Under the pieces are notes generated by a model, which had not been told where the DNA came from, made no database searches, and saw nothing but the letters and a program-made list of their open reading frames with translations. Positions 47,900 through 60,978 of a DNA stretch of 64,000 nt are shown in pieces. Source of the DNA: Dicyema japonicum (lineage: Eukaryota; Animalia; Dicyemida); NCBI GenBank assembly GCA_011109175.1, contig RDEW01000017.1, positions 496,001-560,000 of the forward strand, given 5' to 3'. The translations under genes and the position numbers were made by a program. Numbering within the stretch: the first letter of the stretch is position 1; each line of letters begins with the position of its first letter.

Positions 47900-49975
47900 A
47901 AACCAGAGAAATCCAGAAGAACTTGATCAGTTCTAAGAGGAATTTAGGAGGAAAATTATGAAACTTCAATATTCACATCAACTGCTCGTTGTTGGAGACT
48001 GGAAAGCCGAGGTAGGAGTCCGAAAAGGAGACGAGGACTATATGGGGGACGTAAGAGGTTCAGAAACTTCCCTGAATCTACATTGGCCAACTTCTGCCGA
48101 GCATTTAGTCTTTTTATGCAACACTTGCTTTCAACATCCCGCTCATCATAAAACATCGTGGACTGGAAGAAGAATTTGTTCCACGGGGAAAATCAACATC
48201 TTTAATCAAATATACTACATTATATGCGGCTCAGAATAAAAACGACTCCTATTGTCTTCGAGATCGTATGGAGGAGCGTAGACTAACAGTGACCACAAGA
48301 TGGTCTCTTTTTTTCTTATGAAAACTCCGAAACAAGGAAAGTCCGTGACAGAAGACAGAAAATATAAGACTGAACAGCTATGAGATGTCAATGAGTCCAG
48401 CACTACACAAACACAAAACTTATAGAAGAACAAAAAGAGCTGAGGCTACTCCTAGAAAATACACTGGATAAGAAGATTGCCCGACTAATAAAGTCAAAAC
48501 GGCCGTCAATCCAAAACAGAATAAAGAAACTCCAATTTACAATGTAATAAGGATGATAAACCGCAAGAAGTTTGTAAAAAATAAAACTTCTGGACATTAA
48601 TGAAAAAATTCTAATAAACCCCATCGACCAGGTAGAATAAATAGCGGCCTAATTTGAAAAGCTGCTAAATGCTCACGGAGAAACATGGATACTCCACACA
48701 ATTAGAAAAATCAATTACCTCTGGGGAAGTCGTAAGGGCAATGGACAAAATGAAAAAAGGTCGTTCTCCTAGACCAGACATCAACCCACAGTTCCTAAAA
48801 TATGGACCCCTGTGCTAATTGATAAAATTACAACACTTCTTTTCTGTTTGCCAGAAAGGAATACCTATTGCTTGGATCTGGACTACTAACCCCAATCCAG
48901 AAACCAAACAAGCCAGATGACCCGATGGAAACCTACGCCCAAGATAATCTTGCTCAATGCTATACGTAGAATCTTGGAATTGGTTACACTGAACCGCGTC
49001 AAAGATCAAGTAGACGGCTATCTTGCACCAAGTCAAATGGATTCAGGAGGAGATCAACGACGGATATAATATGGAGTCACAAGTGGCGCTGCGCTGTAAA
49101 TAAAAGATACCAAAACGCAACTACAATCCTTGGCATAGACTTATCGAGGGCCTTCGACACAGTGCGTCAAGGTCTACTACTTAAGACAGTGGAAAGATTT
49201 CTGGACTCTGACTCTGTGAAAATGATAAGTTTTTAGTTAAGACTTTGAATTGGCAAAAATACGTCAAAAGAATCCCCATGTAATGTAGGTACTCCTCAGG
49301 AGGACTCCCTTTCACCTTTGCTATTTCTCATATATTTGGAAACGGCGCTACGTGATCTTCGATTTTGTGAAGGTAGCATAGAAAAATCCATTTATGCTGA
49401 CGACGTCGACATCATATTGGGAGATAGAACAGCCCTTAACGCCTATTGGAAGTAATTCCCAATGAATTCAAAAATCGCAAAACGGAAATAGTAGACATCA
49501 GAAAAATGGAAAAAAGATCGGATGAACAATAAGCTTGGATCCTTACTTGGAGACAGTGAGGACATCGTTCGAAGAAAGACCCTCGCTACAGCTGCGCTGA
49601 ACGAAGTTAAAAAGAACTTGATTGACAGAAGACGATCAAGTGCATCATTCCGGCTAAGGATATACAATACCCTGGTGAAACCAGTTTTACCATCAACGTG
49701 GGCGACGTCCAACGCTGGGGAACAAGGGGTAGAATCCTTTAATCTAGGCAGCTAAGGACAATGCTCGGTTTTTAATTGGGCAAGAAAGCTTTATATAATG
49801 TTTGCGCCACTGGTCCATTGAGTCTCTAGGTCACTAATTTGAGATGGAGGCCTTTCGGACATATACTGAGATTGGAAATGGATACTCCAGCTAATATATC
49901 GATGGAGTACTTCGTTGAGACTGGATCACGTTTCTGTGGACGGCCGCGAATTACACTACCTGGGATACTCAATAC
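47900..49975 (+). mobile_element. Older RTE-like LINE (APE + RT), decayed
   Basis: LVVGDWKAEVG, FNQIYYI, LGIDLSRAFDTV, GTPQEDSLSPLLF, YADDVD, LGSLLGDSEDIVRRKTLA, FGHILRL..GRPRITLP. Confidence 0.88.
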
Positions 49976-50164
49976 TGATAGTCCTATTGTACACAACATT
50001 AATATTTATTATGGTAATAATTCAAGGAGCCGACTGGTCTCACTCGGGGCGATTGCAAACGACGACAACATTATGAGAACGAAAAAAAGAGCAGATAAAA
50101 AAAGAAACCTTCAACCAACTAGTGAGTAGGGGGAAACGAATGCATAGTAAGAAAAATGACATTT

Positions 50165-50590
50165 TAATCACCAAGCTACCCCTACCGTGCAAACGCCCGA
50201 CGGGATGACGTCATTCCATTTTGGTAATGGTCGGTACCTGGTTAGGGACGCTACGTGTTTTGATACATGCTCTGGAAAATTTGGCAGCTTCTGTCTCGGA
50301 CCAAGGTCATGCTTATAAGCAAGCCGAGGATCAGAAAAGAAGTGAGTTCCGAAACATTTCGAAGGATCACTTATTTGTCCCATTTGCTGTTGAGACATCA
50401 GGAATCTTTGTCTCAAAAATCGACGATCTAATCCATCGGCTCGGCTTAATGATCAAAAGGGTCACAAAGGATCCACAAAAGACTAGATGGGTTCGAGAGC
50501 GTATCTCGATAGCTATTGTCAGAGGAAACAGACTGGCGTTTCAAACTCCCAATATTAAATGCTGTTTTAACTTTAATTTTAATAAACCAA
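50165..50590 (+). mobile_element. CRE-like 3' fragment (restriction-like endonuclease)
   Basis: PDGMTSFHFGNG..DATC..FVPFAVETSG..ERISIAIVRGN. Confidence 0.8.
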
Positions 50591-50662
50591 ATTAACCATA
50601 AAAAAAATTCAGAGTAAAGACAAATATTTATTATAATAATAATTCAAAGTTTTAAATACAAA

Positions 50663-52126
50663 TTACTTTTTAGTCCTCTTAGCAGACGAGTCCTTTGATT
50701 TATCTCCATAGCCCAATTTGTTTGTTATGTTACGCCACTGATTATCCAACTTATTTTTCTCGTTCTTTCTAGCAGTTTTCCTTTCTTTGTTAGTCCCGTA
50801 CTTATTGGCAGCCTTACCATCCTCCTCATCCTCACTATCAACGACTGTATCCAGACTCTCATAATACCTGCAAATACTGATAAACCACATACCCAGGATA
50901 GCACTCAGCATAACTCTGAAGATCACTTCCTTCCTTACGCCTGATTCTGTCGACGGCATCCTCTTTAAACGGATTCCTCATAATTTGCGACAGATTGGCC
51001 TCGGGTTCCTTCAAATCATGGAAATACCCAACAACCATCAGAACTGGTTTCTCAAAGTACGAAACGGGCTTCGACTTCTTGTTCTCGCTCATTTCTGGTT
51101 TCCGTACTGGCTCGTATTCATCGCAGTCGTCGAAAATGCTTAAATACACAAAAATATCAACTTCTCAATCTTGGGAACTACTTCAACTGGTGGATTCTCG
51201 GGATTTGGCACATCGACAGCCACGGTCTTCACGTTTTTACGCTCTCTGGTGCCCTCCCTGATATCCCTTAGTATCTTGATCAACTTATTAATCACAATCT
51301 CGCTGGAATTCGATTTCATCAGACACTAAAATCACAACCAGATCACCAACCTCGTCAGACTCATAAGCAATCTCAGCTCTACTTTTTATCAAAGTGAGAG
51401 GAAGCTCAGAGGAATTTGATCCCAACTCGTAGTAATAAGAAACAAGGGACGGATTTATTGGATCTTTTGGTGGGGGCAACTTTCCTAAAGCCGATTCCAT
51501 GATTTTTGAGGCTAAAATACTGTCTTTGATGTACCGAAAGAGGACATATTTTCAGTTCTGGGGGTATCTTGGCTACATTTTTCATCCCCCGTCTTGAATA
51601 TCTCAGCTCTTACTTTCTCCAAGAAGGCATAATCAAGTCCTTTTACTAAATGAGTATGCTCCAAGTCTCCACCAAGGAACTTTGACTCAGAAATAGTCAT
51701 TGGTCTGGTGGTGCCGTCTGCTGTGCCTTCAATTTTATTTTCCCTCCTTTCTTTTGCCTAGAATTATACATCAACTGGGTACTCTGTCTCTGTAAATATC
51801 AGGGATCTTAAAATCTTCGAATTCTTCGTCACTCTCCTTCTTTTTTGGCCTCGGAGTGAAAATTCTTAAAAATTATTTGCAAAAAAACTTATTCTTTTTA
51901 AAATTGTTGTTTTTGGGTTTTTTGTTGGGCCTAAATGATAAGAATTAATCAAATACATTGGAGTTTTCTTTGTTGGATGAGGAGTACTTCTGGGAGTCAT
52001 GAGAATCTTTCGAAAGTCATCATTAGACAAATTTGGCCTAAATGTTGGTAATTTAATCGACCTATGCTCGTTTGAAACACCTGGAGGTGCAAGAGGATTA
52101 GAATAATCATCATGATCAGCACTCAT
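50663..52126 (-). CDS. IK: Protein Red / IK spliceosomal B-complex protein (multi-exon)
   Basis: SNPLAPP..LSNDDFRKILMTPR, YRDRAKERR, ISESKFLGGDLEHTHLVKGLDYA.LEKVR, PLTLIKS, SYAECYPG, KLDNQWRNI. Confidence 0.95.
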
Positions 52127-52355
52127 CACAACGAATTTATTGTAATTTTATTAATTTTAAATTACAAATAATTATTATAATCTAAATTTTCAAATTCACA
52201 AATTTCCAAATCCGAAATTGTTTTAACTTGGCATATATCGATTAAATGTATGTGTTGGAAAGTCAATCGTCACTCTATTCACTAAGAATAAATAGATGGG
52301 AACACGAACAATTAATGTCACGTTAAATGTAGTGCCTATACCACAAAAGAAATCG

Positions 52356-53570
52356 CTATCATAGAGGCAACTGGCGCTCATAATGATCCTAAAACATATC
52401 CAAAAAGAGCCATTAGCTCTCTTACATGTGGTCTGGCTACAGCTTTCCGGATTCGCAACCTAGTCAAGTCAAAGTACCGGATCTCCGTTATACAACTGAA
52501 TGTGAACGGAATAAAAGACAAAATGGTAATGTTGTATTTGAGTGACCTTTATTTTTTTGACTGATAGGCCAGCCATCCATGGTTATAATTCTCGTCACTC
52601 GAAGTATGTGTCTTGTAGTCACATTTTTCATGGTTTCCGTCGAGCATATGTTAGAAACTTTGAATCAGGCCGTTCAGCGCGGGGTAGATCGATTAAGAAT
52701 AAATTAAAAAGTGCCGGAAGAAGAGGCCATCCTTGTGGGAGACCATTCGAGTGAGGCTGCATATCTATTTTAAATGGCCTAATCTAAACAACTTCCCCTT
52801 GGAGTTCTTTAACAAATATTAAATCTTTTTATTTGAAATCATTATTAAAAATACTACAAGAATTCCTTCACGAGATTCAAATTTGGATAAATTATAACGG
52901 GGTTGATATATTACTGAACAATCTTCGTCCTTATTTACCTCAGACAAACGACTTGGACAAATGACAGTGGATATATTTATCAACCAAACAAAAATACCTT
53001 TCATGAAGAATCTGAAAATTTTGGAAATCACCTTCGACACACATATGTCCATTCATCTCACGTCGACGATGTCTCTGGAAGCACTCAAGAAAGCTAGGGA
53101 TAATCGGTTGCAGTAAAACCCTTTTCCCAGCTTTGAAACTGTTGTACAAACAATTCATTGAGCCATATATCAGCTATGCCTGTACGTCATGGGGAATCAA
53201 TCTGTCCTGGACGAACAAACAAAAAATCCGGGACATTCATTCTTTAACAGCACTCTATTAGTAATCTCGAAAAACTAATACCCTCATCACTTGAAGACCT
53301 TATCCGACAAAATGGAAAGGGATTTGCTACTCTGTCAGGCAGTGCAACTCTCAACAATACACAGCCACGACGTGTCTTATGAGAAGGGTATACATAACCA
53401 CTGTCCAATTCCTATTTCCGAAACCACTCCGCCCACATAGAAGTTGTGTTGGATAATAGAAGTTGCGTTGGACGCACGAAGAAAAATTGAGAATTCTGAT
53501 TGAGGCCTTCGAGATTACTTAATTAGTTCAGTAATTAAATTAACTATTGGTGTTCTTGGGTTAATAATAA
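52356..53570 (+). mobile_element. I/Ingi-like LINE, deleted and internally inverted
   Basis: APE start SVIQLNVNGIKDK (+); RT NGLPQG..LFNLFLIDLP..TYA on the minus strand at ~52600-52755; LKILEITFD and LYKQFIEPYISYACTSWG (+); tail acttaattagtt..ggtgttc..gggttaataataa. Confidence 0.72.
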
Positions 53571-53616
53571 TATAAATTTAAATTGTTTATAATTTTGGCG
53601 GTCCATATTAGTTATT

Positions 53617-54747
53617 ATGGAGACATTTAATGGAGTCGTTCAAAAACTGGTAAAATTGTGACATCATTAGGCGTCACATATGATCAATGTTGATATCATC
53701 GAAATTTACGACAATTCTGTTTACAATCGGATTTTTAGACTAATCAAAGGTGATTTCGTTGAGAACAGCAAATCATGGAAGATTATCTAATAAATGAAGT
53801 CTTCAATGATTACGAGGAGGACATTTACTACCTCGAACACATAATCGAAGAAAACAACCACGAAATGGTATAATATTCAGTTAAACTCAGATACTGGCTA
53901 TTTTGGTGTCTCTCGTACCATTCACTGAGAGAGACTCGGTTCTAAGGTCTTTTGAGGAGGCCACTAAGAAACTAAACGCAAATGAGCATGAAATTTTGGT
54001 CAAATCTCTTCCTCGTTTGTATGACTCGCAGCGTTGTTATAAACCACGCTTGAGTTATATTTATGACTTTGTCAGAGGTGAGACACCCTGTAAGACCTTA
54101 TAACTGACTTTAGGGGTGAACAACAGTTTCTGTGAAGAGTTGAGAATCGGGGGTCAAAGTATGGCAAAGTTTGTTTCGGACACTGCTACAACGATGAAAA
54201 AAGTTCAATTTGAATTTTAAATTGAAGCGGGAAAATTTGTCCAAAGTATTGCTTCTTGTGGAAGAATCCAAGATTGATGTTAAAATTCTTGAAAATTCCC
54301 TAAAGTCTATTAAAAGTGAGATTTCGTCTCTGATTGTCATAATGAGATGATGAGAAAGGAATGCGACTACTGCAGGCTCACTTTGGAATCGGGAATCAGA
54401 TTTGACAACGAGAGGACAGAAGAGATCGAGTATTAAAGAAAAAGAAGTCCCAAATGGAGGAGTTGATAAGAAAATACTCAAATTCTGTTAACAGGACCGA
54501 AGAGAATATACGTAAACACGAGGAAAATTGTGAGATTTTGGACAGAAAAATAGTTCAGATCAGTCATACTGAAGAAAATGTTAACTTTCCTATTACTAAG
54601 GCAACCACCTGGACTAAATTGCCTCCTACGTTGCCTAAATCGATGTCATGGACCTCAAATTTGTTGAGTTTTGATGAACTGCTTCCAAAGACTGAACGAA
54701 AGAAGGGATTACTTAAAAAGATGTTTAATTTTAAATCTAAGAAATAA
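53617..54747 (+). CDS. Uncharacterised multi-exon, probably coiled-coil protein
   Basis: ATG after an AT-rich leader, a chain of open exons separated by ~20-25 nt GT-AG gaps, an E/K-rich terminal exon (ORF 54454-54747). No family recognised and exon structure not fully resolved. Confidence 0.5.
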
Positions 54748-55111
54748 ATTTGTTTAATTTGATTAGTTAACCCAAATGTTTCGAGAGGGAAGGTTTAGTT
54801 CTCATGATCATATGGAGTCAAGGCCCTTCAAGTATTGAAGTCATCATGAAACCGAGTAAGAGTAGATAACGGAGTTCTAGCATTTGTTGGAATCCTCTAA
54901 GGAATGAACCAGTAGAATGGGAGAGGGATGATGATTTTTTGATGCCATCCTCCCACTGGTCTCTTTTAAGACAAGTGGTTACCATTACGGAAGACGTTGA
55001 CTTGGAAATGTCATCGGAAATGAATTATGTGTCTCATTTTGGTTGAAAGATCTAAGTCAGGATATCAAGTTTCAAACCACAAAAGAATCATTTAACAAAA
55101 ATCATTTGAGT

Positions 55112-55305
55112 CTATCATAGAGGCAACTGGAGGCAATTTCAGAACAGAAGGGAAAAAAGACCCCCGTCCGTATAGAAAATGTGTGGGGTGACGATCGGAG
55201 CATCGAGAAAAAATGGCCCGATTATTGAGAGATGCCGGGAACACCTAAATATTAGTTAGTGGTTAATACGGTGTTTCTTTGCCTTAAATAATAATAATAA
55301 TAATA
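55112..55305 (+). mobile_element. Short bipartite derivative of the I/Ingi-like LINE
   Basis: Begins with ctatcatagaggcaactgg, identical to 52356-52374; ends ccgggaacacc..ggtgtttc..(taa)n like the shared tail. Confidence 0.55.
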
Positions 55306-55329
55306 TTTACAACAAACATCAATGTACTT

Positions 55330-55618
55330 AAACGGGTAGAGTCGGACATTTCGCTAGAAAAAGAATCGTAAAACACAGATTGGCGTTCTTTGGGCATGTT
55401 GTCCGCTCTGATTTACTGGAAAGAACTATTATGCTGAGCAATATTACTGGGAAGAGAAGACCTGGCTGACCGAGGACTCGGTGGCTATCCACAGTGGAAG
55501 ACGTCACGGGAATGCCTATATCAAGGCTACTCCAAATTGCAACGGATCGGGGAGAAAACTCGTTCATGAGATCTCCAAATGTCGGACACGACTTAATTGG
55601 ACAACATAACATAACATA
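55330..55618 (+). mobile_element. RTE-type LINE 3' fragment (different subfamily)
   Basis: RLAFFGHVVRSDLLERTIML..GKRRPG.PRTRWL..LLQIATDR, then gtcggacacgactt and an (acata)n tail. Confidence 0.75.
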
Positions 55619-57131
55619 GGTTTTTTTGACACTACAAAGGCTGCTTTAGTTCAACGTTAAGCCCACTCAGTTATGACGACAATCAGCTATGCGATACAAA
55701 GCTGTCTAAAACAAATTTAAAGAAGACCGATTACTTTCGAACTACAATCGCGAGGACACTACAAAACTTCACTTCGTTTTTGAGAACAACTTCATTTGAG
55801 GCTTTTGTGAAGAGAATGAAAACTCGAATGACACCTCTTAGGCTTCCACACGTAATACAAGTGTACAGGAAATGGGTCGGATCTCGGAACGAAAACCGAG
55901 CAAAAGTGAAATGGTTACTTAGGATGTTTCCCTTCTTATTTGTCACTGATTCTTGGTTTTAATGGTCTTCTGTCTTAACCTTGCTCGCCTACAGTGTGGA
56001 CACCAGTCCCCTCAACCTACATATATGTAAACTGGATGGTGCGAAAGATGCCCTCTGTTCCTGTTGCAAAGTCTCAGAGCTGACATCAAATCACCTTTTT
56101 GAATGTTCTGAACTTGTACGCTGTTCTTCGAGTATACAAAGTTGACCTATCTATAAAACGTCGTTTATAACTTAATAGACACTGGGTTTCTATAAGTTAG
56201 TGGAGTAGGGGTTACTTGACTATCGAGCATCAATTGCTACTTTCCTTCCAGAGGAGTCGACCAGAAGTAATGGCTGAGGTTTCCTGCGTTTCAAAAAAAG
56301 AACTAGGTAATTTATTTTGGGAAAGAATCTCAATCACTCCTATAGAAGAATATTTGATCGAGTGCAGAAATTCGAGAAGACATTCCTTGAAGGAGGTGGG
56401 ATCGTTGGCGGATTTCTCTAGGAAAGTCTGTGAAGCCACAAGTAATTGGAATCATTAGTTGGTTTTGACACATTTCCTGGTGATCTTATGGTTTCTTTAG
56501 TAAATAACTACAAAGCTACTAGCCTCAGACTGTATGACGAATTAAAACCGATCCTCATCTATAATTTGGATGCATAGGGAGTCTCAACTCGAAGAAGTGC
56601 TCGACTAATGATACATAAAACAACTTCAGTTTCTTTTAGAACTGAATTGGTTAATGTGAATAAAGAAAAAAACGTTATACGAAAGATACATCACGGGATC
56701 TTTAGGTGTGTTAATCACGGAAGCACGCTGGAATCTATTAGATCAAATTCAAACTGGATCCACGGCAGCACAGGTCATAATGGAAGACCATTTAGCAGCA
56801 TCTTGGAAATTCCGTGGAAGTTTACTCAAGACGCTTTATGAAGTTCTAATGGTGAGCAGAGCTCTGTAAAGAAAGCACTAAGGGACGGAGAAGACCTTAG
56901 TGGTCTGAGGAGTCGGTTCTCAAATAGAGGAGGACGGAAGCGATTAGTTAGAGACCCAACTTTTCTCCTTTACGAAGGCACTCTAATTATTAACTTATTA
57001 CTTTTATTAAGGCACTCTAATAGTTTCCTGGTGGTGGCCACGAGACTACCTCTATAATTTTTATTTTTTGTTTATAATAATAAAAATATTTAAGGAATTA
57101 AATTATTAATTTTGTTAATATGTTAAATCAG

Positions 57132-58536
57132 TTAAAATGAGTCCCATTTTGTGCTAGTTCTGCTTGATGTAAGAATTGTGATGGTCCCAATAATGCATGA
57201 TATCAAAAAGACCCATAAAAGTATTCTGTCAACCACCATGGCTATGTACTTCCATTCCTCGTTGATCTAAAATGAGCAATGCCTGCAAACGTGGGAATTC
57301 CTGTCTTTGTTGTGGAACCAATTTGCGATATATTTCACATATTTTACGCATTTTTTACTATCCGTCATATTTTCTTCGGTGGGAAATAAGGTCTCTGCGT
57401 TTTCAAAGGGCATGACATCCTTCCTGTAAGGTTTCGACATCAGAAAAAACGGTGGGAGGAACTCGATGAATAATTTTCTTATCCACGTGGGTATTTGATG
57501 AGTATTTGGATTTCGAAAGTTCAAACTTAACACCACAATCGTCATGATGACGGAAAGGGTGACCAACGAAAAAGTGAAAAGGACATATTTTCCAATCAAG
57601 GGGGTAACAACTGATGTTGGGGGGATAATTTCTATGAACTGCAAAATAAACACCGTCAGAGTAAGAAGAATAGACACGCTGAGGGTTATCTTCTCCCCAC
57701 TGTCTGACGGAAGGTAAAACACGAGGGCGGTAAGAAAAGATATCGACACGCAAGGAATTATCATGTTGATTGTGTAGAACTTGGATTTCCTTTTGAGGTT
57801 AACCTTGAACAGAATCCACGGATATGCCTCGCTGCAGCAGGAGAAAAAGTTTTCGTATCTTTTGGCTGGAACCGAAAGTATCTCCCATTGGACATTCTCG
57901 TAAAATTTGCTCAAATCAATCCCATCTTTTATTATCTCGTCGTTTTTTGCTGAAACATGTTGAAGATCCACCTCATCTCCATTATATGTCCATGAACCGA
58001 ACTTAAGGAAGCATTCCTGCTGATCCAAAGGGAAATGCTTAATGTTGATAGGACACGTGCTTTTGTAAATTGCCGGAGGTTCCCAAATCACGGTACCATT
58101 GAAGTAGACTAAGGCCTTCGTCGTGATTGTGATCTCGTAATTACCTTCCGCGCTATAATAATCTCCCAATTTTTACTTGTTGTACAAAACTATATCAGGA
58201 AGCCAAATTCTGTCGGTCGGCATATAAACGTGCTGTATTCCACCAAATTCTCGAATATTCCATTTGAGTCGTTCGTCAATCCAGCTCTGTTTAAGCCACA
58301 CATTTGTAGTGATTACTTGCTGCTTTTCGTCCTAAACCCTGTTATTCGAATTTTACAATATTTAATATTTGAACCAGTCTTAGACCCACTCTAACAGTCA
58401 GCTTTGTGCCGTTGACTCCCAGAGGGCGCGCGAATCTGTTGTAATTCTCACTAGACAGCAGTTTGTCATATAATTTTGCAGAATATATGTCCGATAAGGT
58501 TTGAATAAATAAACACAGAAATAATCCAATTTTCAT
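57132..58536 (-). CDS. Nicotinic acetylcholine receptor alpha-type subunit (Cys-loop cation channel)
   Basis: Signal peptide; [10 protein letters not shown]; Cys-loop [15 protein letters not shown]; FGSWTY; vicinal Cys FSCCSEAY; [22 protein letters not shown]; [16 protein letters not shown] (M4). Confidence 0.95.
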
Positions 58537-58885
58537 TAAAGTGACTTTCAGAAGTCATTTTTGTAGGCTAATGCTGATTGAGAGAAGTTTTATCAATAAC
58601 CAATTAATTATCATTAATAGTAACGCAGAATCATGTTAACCACCCTATACGTGCGGCTTCTTACAGATGATCCCCTAAGTTCCCTCAGAACATTTCTTTT
58701 CCAATTAACCACTATGATCACCTCAATGATCAAAGGGCGCTCGTCCCGTAGCTACTATCAAGCAAACTAGGATCTACATGAGAGTGGATAGCTTCGAGAG
58801 CGTATCTCATTGGTTGTTATCAGAGGAAACAGTCTGACCATTCAAACTCCCTGATTAAAATTAATTAGTTGTATTATTGTGTCAA

Positions 58886-59533
58886 ATAACGAGGTAGTAA
58901 GGAGTCTTCATCTTTTATTATGCAATAAGTAGGTATTCGCTACACTAGAAAGTTGCGGACTCATAAGGTTCAATCTGTAGTAGAGAACACCAGGATCCAA
59001 ATTAAGTAGACAGTGTCATCCGTATCTCGGTGCTAGTCAAGCACAATAAACCGAACATTATGGTACACGATAAAGATTCTGGCCAAGTCCTTATCATAGA
59101 GGTTGGCACTACGTCTCAAAACCGTTTGCAGACTATGGAAATGGAGAAAAAAAGGAAGTATGACTTGCTTGTAAACGAGATGGGGCAGATGCTTGGTTGC
59201 AAGGTCCTCGTTATTCCAATAGTAATGACGTGGGAAGGAATTGCAACAAAGTACCACAAGGGTTATCTGAACCAGTTGGGGGTAGATAGGAAGCTCCAGG
59301 CCTATCTACAGTCCACTGTGTTAAAGCGGATCCTAGAGAGCTTGACACTGGAGTATAGGAGGCAGAGCCCAGAGATGCCACATGGGCAGAGGGTTCAATT
59401 GGACAAGGCGCTCTCAGAGTTGTTTCAGCAACCAGAATCGAACCTGCCTGAGGAGGCTGGCGAACAGACAAGTGAGGAAGGTTGTTGATTATTAGATAGT
59501 AACTTTTTATTGTTGGTTAAATAAAGTGGGGTT
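58886..59533 (+). mobile_element. R4/Dong-like retrotransposon, 5'-truncated insertion with TSD
   Basis: NEVV..KHNKPNIMVHDK..IIEVG..KKRKYDLL..IVMTWEG; 12-bp direct repeat ttattgtgtcaa at 58874-58885 and 59534-59545. Confidence 0.85.
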
Positions 59534-59676
59534 TTATTGTGTCAATAAATTTTAGAGAATTAACCACTTAATTAATTCTCAATTAACTGATTTAAAATCA
59601 TTAATCCATAAATTTTTTAAATAAAACCAATTTGAAAAAAAACTTTATTTAACCTAAAAAGTAACAGTTAACAACT

Positions 59677-59745
59677 GGCTGCTCTCATAATTGATAACGC
59701 ATTTCTTCTGACAATTTGCAAGGAAATGGGCTCAATGAGGCAGCT
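59677..59745. repeat. ~68-nt hairpin repeat, copy 2
   Basis: Aligns with 30067-30134. Confidence 0.75.
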
Positions 59746-60978
59746 CTATTCCGTAAAAAAGTACAAAAGTCTCAGAGGACGTTTCGTTTTCAAACCATTC
59801 TTGGTCGATAGTTTGTTTGCTACGGGACGAGCGCCAAGTTACCGTTCCCAGACTTCTCCTTTTTGCTATCAACGTTGATGGTGTGTTAGAAGGTAAGCAA
59901 ATTGAATTTACGAGGTTTCGATCACAAGCTTGAAGGTTAACTGTCATCCAAGAGTCTCTTATTTTATAAGAGTTTCGGTCCTTAATGAGGTTAATCCTGA
60001 GTGAGTGGCTGTCAGCCCATCTTAGAAAGAAAGAAACGATCAACACAAGTGGCGTCCCAAAAAAATTATTTTTACTTTCTTTTGTACGTACAGACAAGCA
60101 AAGAGTTTGCACATGATATTCAGCAACTTCAAGTCCCTCCGTGATGATTTCGTTAATCTTCATGCGTCTACGTTCCTTCCAGTGCTACTTCGACAGCAAA
60201 GAGCGTAAAGTCCTTTAAAGTTATTCGTTTTTCCATATCCGACTGGTTGCTCATGTAACCATTGAACATAAAACGATAAAGATTCATTAAATTATATTTT
60301 TTATTTCGAGTCTCGTGGACTTAGCAAGTCTAATTTGAAATGGTGAAACAATCAGTGCACTTGCAAGAACACAAAAAGAAAAACGACGCAGTGGAGTTTT
60401 GAGCGGTTTGCCTTTGATTATGAGAGGTAGGTCTCAATCTGTCCATAGCACAGTTTTAGTAATTTACTAACATTCAATAGTACTACATTGTATCTAATTT
60501 TTTTACCTGAGGTGATGACGTACGTTTATTAGGGTGCATCTCTCGACTCTTTTAACATAGAGACTTGAATACTAGCATAAAAAGCTTTAAGTATTTAAGA
60601 TTTAACTTAGTATTTATCCGTTGTCTACAATAGCCAAGTTAGGAAAATGTGTTATAAATACAAGTACCATGACAACACATTAAAATTTCACACAATGGAT
60701 TGGTCTCCGTTATTCAAGAAGACACATTATGAACAATAGATGATCGTATATGTTTAACGAAATACGTGATAAAGGCGACAAAAACTTATATTTTAATCTG
60801 AAATGTCTATGCTCCGACAGTCACGAAGCTTACTAGAAGCATACAAGAGCTACGCCTATATAAAAGAGCCTTTATTGTCTCAGAGTAAATGACATTAATT
60901 TATTTATATTTTAAAATTGTTAAAAATACGTCGAGAGGATAGTAAACAAACCTCATACTATTAACAAATTACAATTTG

